Assembly (NCBI GenBank): GCA_041658125.1
Contig: JBBAAS010000001.1
Coordinates: 15,917 to 79,916 of the forward strand
From: Candidatus Shapirobacteria bacterium
Lineage (GTDB): Bacteria; Patescibacteriota; Microgenomatia; UBA12405
Direction: 5' to 3'
DNA: 64,000 bases
The notes beneath the pieces are model-generated. The model had not been told where the DNA came from. It was given only the letters and a program-made list of their open reading frames with translations, and did no database searches. This document shows, piece after piece, positions 46,370 through 55,323 of the stretch (the first letter of the stretch is position 1; each line of letters begins with the position of its first letter). A program made the translations under genes and the position numbers.

Positions 46370-47539
46370 TTAATCAAAAACGGGGTTAAGCGAGCAGCAC
46401 CTAAAACAAGCAGGAATCAATCGATTTTTTTTGATGTATTTTTGAAATTTTTGGGTTTTTTGACTATGCCAAATGTGGTCTAGGGTATTTTTTTGAATGT
46501 TGCCAAGAATGTAGCCATGACACATTTCAACGTCACCGTTACCACGAAGATAGATTTGGTTGAACGGTGAAGTGCACTTAGAGTGAATTGAAGGAAATTT
46601 GCCGGTATAAAAACTATCAATATCGGTGGTGTTTGGAAAACTTACGCGCAAACGGGTGTGTGAAGCAGCTAGTTTTTGTTTGATAGTATCAAGTTTCTGA
46701 GAGATTAATTGTCTTTGGAAACCATCAAAATAAATTTTATTTGAGCCGTTGTCTTCTCCCCAAACATCAGAGCCAAAGTTTTTGGTTTGACTCAACTTTT
46801 CCTGTTGTTTTTTTATAGAATTATAATAATAGAAGTGATGGCTAATGGACCATTGGTCAACCCCAAGACTTTGAGCGATATTAAAGATTTGATCAAAGTT
46901 TTCAAGATTAGCCTTAGAGATGACGGTGGCAAGACGGATATTAGGGAGGATATTTTTTCCTCTTAATTTGACAATTTTTTCAATACCTTTAAGAATTTGA
47001 GTAAATGAGTTTTTGACTAAACCGCGCTCATATTGAGTTGGTTCGTCGGGACCATCGAGAGAAATAGCTAAAAAATCCAGACCAGAGTCTATTAATTCGG
47101 GAGCTATTTTTTCAAGCAGAAGACCATTGGTAACCAAACCTTTGGTCATTTTTTGGCGGGTAAGATGGTTGATGATTTTGATAATTTCCGGATGTAAAAG
47201 CGGTTCGCCGCCGGCCAGAGAAATAGATGGCGAATATGGGGCTATTTGATCGAAGAACGGAGCCAATTTTGAATACGGCATTTCAGTTAGATTTCTTAAG
47301 CGGGATTGTGCAACGTGGCACATGGGACAGTTAAAGTTACACTTTTCCGTGATAAAGCAGTTAATAAATCGAGGGTACGGTGTTGGTTTATAGCGATTGA
47401 AAGAATCCTGAAATTCATGCCAAGCAGTTTTGGGATATTTGTAGGCGAGGATAAATTTTTTGTGAAAATCGATATTAATCACGGTTGTAAGAGTTAATAA
47501 TAACTTTGGCATTTTTATCACTGAAGTGTTCGATAGCAA
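46370..47539 (-). CDS. Radical SAM enzyme with C-terminal SPASM/twitch-like Cys-rich domain
   Basis: 389 aa. ITEKCNFNCPMCHV (CX3CX2C). C-terminal CTSPFNQIYLRGNGDVEMCHGY ... IPACFRCCS auxiliary-cluster-like cysteines. Confidence 0.7.
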   Translation of the reverse strand: MLSNTSVIKMPKLLLTLTTVINIDFHKKFILAYKYPKTAWHEFQDSFNRYKPTPYPRFINCFITEKCNFNCPMCHVAQSRLRNLTEMPYSKLAPFFDQIAPYSPSISLAGGEPLLHPEIIKIINHLTRQKMTKGLVTNGLLLEKIAPELIDSGLDFLAISLDGPDEPTQYERGLVKNSFTQILKGIEKIVKLRGKNILPNIRLATVISKANLENFDQIFNIAQSLGVDQWSISHHFYYYNSIKKQQEKLSQTKNFGSDVWGEDNGSNKIYFDGFQRQLISQKLDTIKQKLAASHTRLRVSFPNTTDIDSFYTGKFPSIHSKCTSPFNQIYLRGNGDVEMCHGYILGNIQKNTLDHIWHSQKTQKFQKYIKKNRLIPACFRCCSLNPVFD

Positions 47540-48638
47540 AGGCTTTAGTTGTTTTGGACATGGTTTTTATTTGATTTGGATGATTGATAAGCCATTTGAT
47601 CGTTTTTTGAAGATTTTTGACCGTAGGATTAAGTGAGATGCCGATCTTGTCATTATACATTTCGGTGACAGAACCTTTGTTGCCAGTAATTACCGGTCGA
47701 CCGCAACTTAAACCTTCGATAATTTGGTTGGGGAAGGCTTCTTCGACCAGATTGGGAAGAATGACAAAATCGGAGGCGGCGAGGTAATTAATGATTTGAG
47801 GATGGTTTAGCCGACCAAGAATTTTAAAATTAGAAACAGAAAGCGATTGGGTGATTAATGTTTTGGCGTCGGGTCCGTCTCCAGCCAGAAGAAAGAGAAC
47901 GTTTTGGGGGAGTTTTTGGGCTACCTTTAACAGATTAAAAATGCCTTTGGTTTTAACAAAGCGACCAAAATAAAAAAAAACCAGTGATTTTTGAGGAATA
48001 TTTAAAAGACGACGAGCAGTGGTTTTATTTTTGGGAACGAACTCTTTTTGATTAATCCAATAACGAAAAACTTTGATTTTTGAAGCCGGTAAGCCGATTG
48101 AGATAAGTTCTTTTTTGGATTGATGACTGACTGCCAGGATGGTGTCAAAACCGGAAAATGTCCATTTAAAAATTTTGGTGTAAATTGAATTTGGATTAAG
48201 CCGATGATAGATAAAGTGAGTACTGACCACGGAAGTTTTTTGGGGGAGAAAAAGTTTAATAATTCGGGTAATAAAGGCGGCGGCAAAGCCATGAGCGTGA
48301 ATGACATCAAACTTATTTTGTTGTTTTAAGCAGTAGGAGAGACTGTTGAAAAAAAGTCCGGGGACTATGTATAAAAATTGAAATAATGGATAGGGAGTGG
48401 TTTTATCAAAAAGCCCAAGACCATACCACCAGTAGCGGTGGATGGTGAGATTGGGATGGTTTTCGTGTTTAAGATAATTAACGACAATTGATAGAGGTTT
48501 GTAGGTTAAAACAGTGGTCGGAAAATTATGAGATGACAAAAAATCGGTAAGTTTATTAAGGTGGGTTTCAACTCCGCCGATATTAGGAAAAAAGAAAGGG
48601 GTGATAATAAGGATGCGGGGCTTATTTGGTTTTAACAC
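47475..48638 (-). CDS. Glycosyltransferase family 4 (GT-B)
   Basis: 387 aa. ILIITPFFFPNIGGVETHLNKL ... VILPNLVEEAFPNQIIEGLSCGRPVITGNKG. Confidence 0.8.
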   Translation of the reverse strand: MLKPNKPRILIITPFFFPNIGGVETHLNKLTDFLSSHNFPTTVLTYKPLSIVVNYLKHENHPNLTIHRYWWYGLGLFDKTTPYPLFQFLYIVPGLFFNSLSYCLKQQNKFDVIHAHGFAAAFITRIIKLFLPQKTSVVSTHFIYHRLNPNSIYTKIFKWTFSGFDTILAVSHQSKKELISIGLPASKIKVFRYWINQKEFVPKNKTTARRLLNIPQKSLVFFYFGRFVKTKGIFNLLKVAQKLPQNVLFLLAGDGPDAKTLITQSLSVSNFKILGRLNHPQIINYLAASDFVILPNLVEEAFPNQIIEGLSCGRPVITGNKGSVTEMYNDKIGISLNPTVKNLQKTIKWLINHPNQIKTMSKTTKAFAIEHFSDKNAKVIINSYNRD

Positions 48639-49305
48639 GAAAACTTTTTAAGATATAAATAAATTGAAAAGCTAAAAGATTTTGAAAAATGGGAAATCGG
48701 TGTCCAAGACCAGTAGGAATAGTTTTAATAACGGAGAAGCCGGTCGATTGAAAAAGTTTAATGCCTGTTTTTAGGGTAAAAAAACGTAAATGATCCGGAC
48801 TAAGAATACCAAATTGATAATCAAAAGAACCAAAAAGAAGCTTTAGCCGAATTTCTAAACGGGCGATATTGGGCAAGGAAACTATTACCATGCCGTTTGG
48901 TTTAAGATATTTGTGAATATCAAGTAAGACCTTGTCGGGGGCTGGTAGGTGTTCAAGAATGTCGGATAAAACAATATAATCATATCGATGATGGGGAATA
49001 TTAAGATGAGGATGATAAAGATCCCGAATATATGTATGACGGTAGTGTTTTTGGGCAATTTTTATTAATTTTGGATTGATATCAATACCATCGACGATAA
49101 CTTTTTTTCTTAGGAGTTGTTTGCCTAAAAGTCCAGTATTGCAACCAACATCGAGAACTTCTGAATTATTAGAAATTAAGTTGTAGATAAGACTATGGGG
49201 GCTATGAGGCGATGTATTGAAAGGAATAGGGCCGTCTTTTTGAAAAATTTTCATATTATTGTTGCCAGTGCGATCGGTCAATGATGTTTTTTTGGCCGAT
49301 AACAT
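48622..49305 (-). CDS. Class I SAM-dependent methyltransferase
   Basis: 227 aa. Motif I EVLDVGCNTGLLGKQLL, YDYIVLSDILEHL. Confidence 0.75.
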   Translation of the reverse strand: MLSAKKTSLTDRTGNNNMKIFQKDGPIPFNTSPHSPHSLIYNLISNNSEVLDVGCNTGLLGKQLLRKKVIVDGIDINPKLIKIAQKHYRHTYIRDLYHPHLNIPHHRYDYIVLSDILEHLPAPDKVLLDIHKYLKPNGMVIVSLPNIARLEIRLKLLFGSFDYQFGILSPDHLRFFTLKTGIKLFQSTGFSVIKTIPTGLGHRFPIFQNLLAFQFIYILKSFRVKTK

Positions 49306-50266
49306 TTTTTAATGTAGCGGAAAAATAGACAAAAAAACTAATTAAACAGGCAAGCGGATGAAAAAACCAGGCAAAATCGGGTTTTTTTAGATAACCACGG
49401 AATGAGTCAAAAATGGGAGGAATAAGAGTGATGGTGTAAAGACTAAATTTAACGGTGGCAGAGCGATTGTTTTTTTGCCAATTGAATTGTCTAATGTTTT
49501 GAAATTGATAAAAGTCGACTATACGGCGTTTTTGTTTACGAATAAACTTTTTGATCGATGATTCGCAAAAGGTATGAATAATACCGACTTTAACTTTGGC
49601 AAAATAGAGAGGTTGATGAGTTTGATGAATGACAGAAGTAATAATATCGATATCAAAAAAATAATCACCCTTAAAATAATTTTTAAGAAAATCGTGGCGA
49701 AAAATGGCACCATTAGCACCAATTGTAGGAAGCAGTTCGTTTGGATTAAGTTTGATTTTAAGATAATTAGGAAAGTCTTGAGTTTCAATTTTTAAACCGG
49801 TCCACTTGCCGGACAGATAACTATATCGATCGTAAATACCGGAGATGTAAGCGTAAGGATCATTGGCACCGATCAGAGCAGAATATCTTTCAGTAAAGCC
49901 AGCATCGCGACGATAAGTAAAACTGATCGGTTCACTACCAATAATTTGAGGGTCTTTTTGAAGAGGCAAAAGCATTTTTTTAAGCCAATTTTTTGAAGGT
50001 AAAAGATTATCAGAGTCAAGGAAAACGAGATATTTGCCTTTGGCATGGCGAATGCCAACGGCCTTGCCGGCTTCTCCGGTTTTTAGCGGGTTTTTAAAAA
50101 TTTTGGCCTTGAAGTTTTTAGCGACAATTAGAGTGTTGTCGGTAGAACCACCGTCGGCAATAATAATTTCGTAATCTTTAATGGTTTGAAGAGAAATTGA
50201 TTGAAGACAATCTTTTAGGACTTTTCCGGCATTGAGGGTGGGAGTGATGAAACTAACTAAAATCAT
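49256..50266 (-). CDS. Glycosyltransferase family 2 (GT-A)
   Basis: 336 aa. ILVSFITPTLNAGKVLKDCLQSI ... EIIIADGGSTDNT. Confidence 0.85.
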   Translation of the reverse strand: MILVSFITPTLNAGKVLKDCLQSISLQTIKDYEIIIADGGSTDNTLIVAKNFKAKIFKNPLKTGEAGKAVGIRHAKGKYLVFLDSDNLLPSKNWLKKMLLPLQKDPQIIGSEPISFTYRRDAGFTERYSALIGANDPYAYISGIYDRYSYLSGKWTGLKIETQDFPNYLKIKLNPNELLPTIGANGAIFRHDFLKNYFKGDYFFDIDIITSVIHQTHQPLYFAKVKVGIIHTFCESSIKKFIRKQKRRIVDFYQFQNIRQFNWQKNNRSATVKFSLYTITLIPPIFDSFRGYLKKPDFAWFFHPLACLISFFVYFSATLKNVIGQKNIIDRSHWQQ

Positions 50267-51722
50267 TTAATTTTTTAAAAAATTTAATAGTGTACCGGAA
50301 AAGATGCTGAACGTCCTCAAAAGATCGGATGTGAATTATTTGGTTAAAAAGAAACTTGGGAGTAATGATGCCGTTAAAAAGTTGCTGAATGAGTTTTTTT
50401 TGATTGGTGGAAGAAAGCCGGGATTTTATAACCGGTTGGCTCATGTCATATTTGTCCCAGTCAGTTGTTTTTAACAGTTTGTTCCGGCGACAATAGTTAA
50501 AAAGCGGAGTGCCCGGGTAAGGAATAACGATGGTGGCTTGAATACTGTCAGCAAGACCACGGCGGAAAAAGTTTTTAACAACTTCAAAAGTTTGATAGGT
50601 ATCATTTTGAGTTTCCCAGGGATAGCCAATCATGGCGGTTAAGTGGGGGAAAAGGTTAGCTTTTTTAGCCATAGTTAGGTCCTGAAGAGCGTTGCCAACC
50701 CGATTATTTTTATTGATTTTGTCGAGAGTTTTTTGGTTGGCGGATTCAAAACCATATAGAAGCATTCGAAAGCCGGCTTGAGCCATTAGCTGGTATTGTG
50801 ATTGATTAAGAACGCCGAAACGCATATTGCAACTGATGGTAACTTTTTGGTGGAGTTTTTTTTGAATAATCAGGTGGCAAAAGTTTTCAAGCCACTCCCC
50901 TACCGGAAAAGTGCCGGAGTCATCAAAAATTTCTTTGACCTTAAAGTTGTTGACTAAATTTTCGATTTCGGCAACGGCGCGGTTAGGAGAGAAGCAACGG
51001 TATTGTTTGCCCGGATAAAGGGTGGTCCAGGAGCAAAAAGTACATTGACCCCACCAACAGTCGCGGGAGAACATGGTATAAGCTCCGGGAGTATATTTAA
51101 AATTGCTGTTACGGACAGAATATAAATGCCATTTGGTTAACTGGCGATCGATTAGGGGAAGTGGGTCCAGAGAATGATGTTTTAAGGAAAAACGACCAGA
51201 ATTGGTAATGATATTGTTTTTTTTGAAATAAAAACCTGGTTCTAGTTTTTTGCCATGGGTTAGATGGCGGCAGAGGTTCAGAAGCATAAAGTCGTAGTCG
51301 CCGCCGGTTATAACGAAATCCACAGGACATTTTTTTAATGACTCTGTGGGGAGAGCGGTAACATGATCACCCATAAGAACGATCACAGCTTGGGGTAAAA
51401 GTTTTTTAATTTCGGTAATAAGATGCCAATGTTTTTTGATGACCGGGGTTTTGGTTTCAATGGCAATGAGTGATGGGTTGTTTTCTAACAAGCGTGATAA
51501 CCATGCCGAATAATTTAATTTTTCGGCGATAGCGTCATCCCAAAAAACGGTGTAACCATTTTGAGATAACAAAGTAGCGGCAGAAGCAGGAATAACAGGG
51601 TAAATAATGTTGTCGGTATGAGTCCATTGAAACTGACGATTTTGAGATAGAAACGGAGACCCTTTAGCCGAGGATAAGGGTGGATAGGAAATAGAGACAC
51701 TGAAGTTTTTAGCCGCCGACAT
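50253..51722 (-). CDS. Cobalamin-binding-domain radical SAM enzyme with non-canonical CX4CX2C cluster motif
   Basis: 489 aa. N-terminal Rossmann-like domain (GYTVFWDDA ... IAIETKTP ... VLMGDH). Cluster motif SRDCWWGQCTFCSW at ~51033-51059. Confidence 0.7.
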   Translation of the reverse strand: MSAAKNFSVSISYPPLSSAKGSPFLSQNRQFQWTHTDNIIYPVIPASAATLLSQNGYTVFWDDAIAEKLNYSAWLSRLLENNPSLIAIETKTPVIKKHWHLITEIKKLLPQAVIVLMGDHVTALPTESLKKCPVDFVITGGDYDFMLLNLCRHLTHGKKLEPGFYFKKNNIITNSGRFSLKHHSLDPLPLIDRQLTKWHLYSVRNSNFKYTPGAYTMFSRDCWWGQCTFCSWTTLYPGKQYRCFSPNRAVAEIENLVNNFKVKEIFDDSGTFPVGEWLENFCHLIIQKKLHQKVTISCNMRFGVLNQSQYQLMAQAGFRMLLYGFESANQKTLDKINKNNRVGNALQDLTMAKKANLFPHLTAMIGYPWETQNDTYQTFEVVKNFFRRGLADSIQATIVIPYPGTPLFNYCRRNKLLKTTDWDKYDMSQPVIKSRLSSTNQKKLIQQLFNGIITPKFLFNQIIHIRSFEDVQHLFRYTIKFFKKLNDFS

Positions 51723-52695
51723 AGTTACCTGTCATTTTATCAGTTTGGTGGGGTTTAAAGATGAGGTTGGGTTTAAAGAAGCCAATTGGAAACAAAAGAC
51801 CATAATAAAGATGAGTTAAAGGGATTGTAATAATTGCCAAAAAAGAGGGAAATAATTGATTTTGTGTTATTAAAAATTTTATAAAAGTTAATATAAGTAA
51901 AATTAAATACAGAAATATGGGTAATAAAATGAGTAAGTTGTGATAACCAAGAAGCGTGGCAAAAGTTAAAAAAACAGAATAAAAGAAAAACACACTGGGA
52001 ATAAGATAACCAAAACGAAAGCTGGTTTGAGGGAAAATTTTGGCGAATTGACCACGGTGAAGGGCATAGCGACTGATTTGTTGGAGGTGAGGTAAAATAA
52101 CTGCCCGGCGATGGTGGTAAACGACAACAGAAGGGTGGTAAAGTATTTTTTTCTTTAACTTTTGGGTAAGATCAAGACAAAGGATGGTGTCTTCTCCGGG
52201 CCAATAATTAGTTTTGAAGCCTTTTATCTTAAAAAAATCATTTTTTTTGACAATGAGATTGACGGACGGATAGTCGTCAACGAAACGAGCTGCCCCGATA
52301 CTGTTGCGGTAAGCTCCGGCTCCCCCACTACCTAGCCAAGAAGACCAGACCAGACCGGAAGCTTTTTGATATGGAGTATCGGTTGGGGGGATTAAGCAAG
52401 GACCGCAAACGGCGGCAATATTGGAATCTAATAGAAGTAATTCGGCGTTTTTTAACCAATTTGCATCGGGATAAGAGTCATCGTCTAAAAATGCAAGATA
52501 TTTTCCTTTGGCTAGCTTGACTCCGAGATTTCTTTTGACAGCCGGATTGGGAGTTTTGGAGATTTTATCGGTGATTACCAGGACCTCAAACTTATTTTCG
52601 GTTTGACTTTCAAGATGTCGGAGAGTTTCCGTTAAATAGACAGTCGGCTGACGAACAGGAATAATGATGGAAAAAAGAATTTTTTTAGCCGACAT
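51709..52695 (-). CDS. Glycosyltransferase family 2 (GT-A) with C-terminal TM segment
   Basis: 328 aa. LFSIIIPVRQPTVYLTETLRHL ... EVLVITD ... LAFLDDDSYPDANWL. Confidence 0.7.
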   Translation of the reverse strand: MSAKKILFSIIIPVRQPTVYLTETLRHLESQTENKFEVLVITDKISKTPNPAVKRNLGVKLAKGKYLAFLDDDSYPDANWLKNAELLLLDSNIAAVCGPCLIPPTDTPYQKASGLVWSSWLGSGGAGAYRNSIGAARFVDDYPSVNLIVKKNDFFKIKGFKTNYWPGEDTILCLDLTQKLKKKILYHPSVVVYHHRRAVILPHLQQISRYALHRGQFAKIFPQTSFRFGYLIPSVFFFYSVFLTFATLLGYHNLLILLPIFLYLILLILTFIKFLITQNQLFPSFLAIITIPLTHLYYGLLFPIGFFKPNLIFKPHQTDKMTGNYVGG

Positions 52696-53488
52696 TGACC
52701 CTCATATCCAGATCTTTATCGTAGACCCATTTACGTTTGTTTTTGTCGTCGTAATATTTTTTAATACGAAGACGATAGAAGACGGATAGAGCATCAACTA
52801 ATGCCCTATAAATGACTTTGAAACCGACAGCATGAGTAAAACCGGTGTGGTCGTAGTTGAGTTTTATGGGGGCCTCGTAAATTCTTTTAAAACCAAGATA
52901 GTTAGAGACTGATAAGATTTCAAGGTCAAAAGCATAATTTTTGACCAAAAGACGGGGAAGAACTTTTATCAGAACCTGGCGCTTAAATATTTTTAAGCCG
53001 GCTTGAGTGTCACGGACATTGATTCCAAGAAGATATTTGGCGACAATTTGAGCACAAAAACTGATAATTTGACGGTGAAAAGGATAATTAACGATAGAGG
53101 CCGGATGACGTTTACTGGCGACAATAATATCGGCGTTGTACCACTCCATGTGCTCCAAAACCATAGAAATGGCATTGGGGTCTATTTCCATGCCGGAGTC
53201 AATAAAAGCAACGTAGTCGCCTTTGGTGTGGGCCATGCCATAACGAACGGCGTAACCCTTCCCGTGGTTGAGATGATAGCCAATAATTTTTGTTTTAGGA
53301 ATTTTGGCTTTCTTTAAAAATTGGTATGATTTGTCGACACTGATGCCATCGATAACGCAAATTATTTCGTAACCGTAACGGATTTGTTGAAGAGTATTTT
53401 GAATGTTTTTAATATCGGCAACGATTGTTTGTTCCTGTTTATAAACAGGAACAATGACGGAAAGAAAATGGGGTTCAGAGCTAGACAT
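52685..53488 (-). CDS. Glycosyltransferase family 2 (GT-A), DPM1-like soluble type
   Basis: 267 aa. LSVIVPVYKQEQTIVADIKNI ... EIICVIDGISVDKS ... VAFIDSGMEIDP. Confidence 0.8.
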   Translation of the reverse strand: MSSSEPHFLSVIVPVYKQEQTIVADIKNIQNTLQQIRYGYEIICVIDGISVDKSYQFLKKAKIPKTKIIGYHLNHGKGYAVRYGMAHTKGDYVAFIDSGMEIDPNAISMVLEHMEWYNADIIVASKRHPASIVNYPFHRQIISFCAQIVAKYLLGINVRDTQAGLKIFKRQVLIKVLPRLLVKNYAFDLEILSVSNYLGFKRIYEAPIKLNYDHTGFTHAVGFKVIYRALVDALSVFYRLRIKKYYDDKNKRKWVYDKDLDMRVNVG

Positions 53489-54566
53489 TGAAAAGAGCTA
53501 ATTTGTAAACAGCAAGAGTTTGAAGTGCAGTTTTTTGCCAATCAAAAAATTTGGCTCTTTTTAGTCCTAAAGAACGATATTTTTCCAAAAGATTTTTGTC
53601 AGACCAAAGCTTTTTTAAAGATAATTTAAGATCAGCAATAGAATGTGGGTCAAACATCACACCGTTTTGGTCCATAATTTCGTCAAGACAACTTTCTTGG
53701 CCGTAAACTACCGGACAGCCGGTTTTCATAGCTTCGACCAGAGGTAGACCAAAACCTTCGGCAAAGGACGGTTGACAATAAATAGTGGCTAAGTTATAAA
53801 TGCCGACAAGTTCTTGAGTAGAAACAAAACCGGTGAGAATAATAGAATCTGGACGTAAAGAGGCTTGTTTTTGTAACCAAATTAAATCGTGATTCCACGG
53901 GTGAGAAATAATCTCTTTTTGATTAGCGGCAGAACCAGCTATAGCCAATGGAAATTTTAAGTCAAGGCAGGCGCTTACTAGAGTGGGTAAATTTTTATTC
54001 CAGTTAACATCACCCACATATAAGATAAATTTGTCGGGAAGATGGTAACGATTTTTGAGACTAAGTAGATCTTTTTGATTATTAAGTGGTTTGAAATCGG
54101 CGTTGGATGATAAATAGGTTACATAAATTTTGTCCGTTGGATAACCAGTAAGATTGTTGATAATAAATTTTGAACAATGACTATCGGTAATAAGATATTT
54201 GGCTTTATTCAGCCGGTATTTTTGAATCAGCCACTTGATTTCACCTTTTATGCCAACCGGATAGTGGGATTTAAATTGTCGGGGAATGAGATCGTGGACG
54301 GTGACTATAAAAGGAGTTTTTGAACGATAAGGTAAGGTTAAAAAAAATGGATCGAAATAGGGGTAGTGGATTAATTGATAATTGTTTGGATTAAAATGAT
54401 TGGTGATTAGGTCAATTTGCCAATTTAAATATTCGGGATTAGTTTTGGTCTCGTGTTGAAGAGCGTCGACCAAGTGCCTGGTGTAGTAACCGACACCACG
54501 AGTGGAATTTTGATCAGACAGGGGCGAAACATCAATGGCGATTTTAACTTTTTTGAATAGAACCAT
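53481..54566 (-). CDS. Glycosyltransferase family 4 (GT-B)
   Basis: 361 aa. KIAIDVSPLSDQNSTRGVGYYTRHLVDAL ... IYCQPSFAEGFGLPLVEAMKTGCPVVYGQES. Confidence 0.8.
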   Translation of the reverse strand: MVLFKKVKIAIDVSPLSDQNSTRGVGYYTRHLVDALQHETKTNPEYLNWQIDLITNHFNPNNYQLIHYPYFDPFFLTLPYRSKTPFIVTVHDLIPRQFKSHYPVGIKGEIKWLIQKYRLNKAKYLITDSHCSKFIINNLTGYPTDKIYVTYLSSNADFKPLNNQKDLLSLKNRYHLPDKFILYVGDVNWNKNLPTLVSACLDLKFPLAIAGSAANQKEIISHPWNHDLIWLQKQASLRPDSIILTGFVSTQELVGIYNLATIYCQPSFAEGFGLPLVEAMKTGCPVVYGQESCLDEIMDQNGVMFDPHSIADLKLSLKKLWSDKNLLEKYRSLGLKRAKFFDWQKTALQTLAVYKLALFNV

Positions 54567-55323
54567 AATATTTTATGTAGGCAGAACGATGACTAATGGC
54601 TGAATAATAGGCAAAAACAAATCCAGAAAAACCATCGACAAAACCGAGATGTCGAAGATATATACTAAAAAAAGTAGAGAATGGTAGCCATAAGAAGAAT
54701 TTAAAAAAACTAACAAAGTTAATTGGGGTGTGTTTTTCCTGCAGATCATCGGCCATAAGTGAGGTGTAGCGGTTGTTGCGAGTAAGGTAACGTTCAAAGT
54801 TTAAATCGGCATAATGGAGAAGATGGCCTGAAAGTTGGCCGATTTTGCCATCGACAACGGCTTGTTCGTGAACAGACTGACAGGGGAGATAAGCTTGGCC
54901 ATTTTTATAAAAACGGATGGTTGGGTCGGGATATTGGCCTCCTTTGGTTAAAAATCGATTGAGAAAAAAGTTTTTACGACGAATCCAAAAACCATTTTCT
55001 GAAACGGACTCCGGTTTTGTTTGAAGTATGGTTAAAATTTCTTTTTGAAGATCGTTGTCGACAACCTCATCGGCATCAAGCTGAAGAATCCAATCACTTT
55101 GGCAATTTTTAATGGCCAGCTCCTTGTTGTGATGAAACATCGGCTGATTGGGAGCAGAGATAATTTTAGTTTTTTTATATTTTTTGGCAAGATTAACTGT
55201 TTGGTCTTGGGATTGACCGTCAACGATGACAATTTCATCGACCCAGTCGACAACAGCATCGAGACTTTTTTTGATATTAGCTTCTTCGTTATAAGTGGCT
55301 ATGGCTATTGAGATAGTGGTCAT
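54544..55323 (-). CDS. Glycosyltransferase family 2 (GT-A)
   Basis: 259 aa. ISIAIATYNEEANIKKSLDAVVDWVDEIVIVDGQSQDQT ... LQLDADEVV. Confidence 0.85.
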   Translation of the reverse strand: MTTISIAIATYNEEANIKKSLDAVVDWVDEIVIVDGQSQDQTVNLAKKYKKTKIISAPNQPMFHHNKELAIKNCQSDWILQLDADEVVDNDLQKEILTILQTKPESVSENGFWIRRKNFFLNRFLTKGGQYPDPTIRFYKNGQAYLPCQSVHEQAVVDGKIGQLSGHLLHYADLNFERYLTRNNRYTSLMADDLQEKHTPINFVSFFKFFLWLPFSTFFSIYLRHLGFVDGFSGFVFAYYSAISHRSAYIKYYGSIQKS

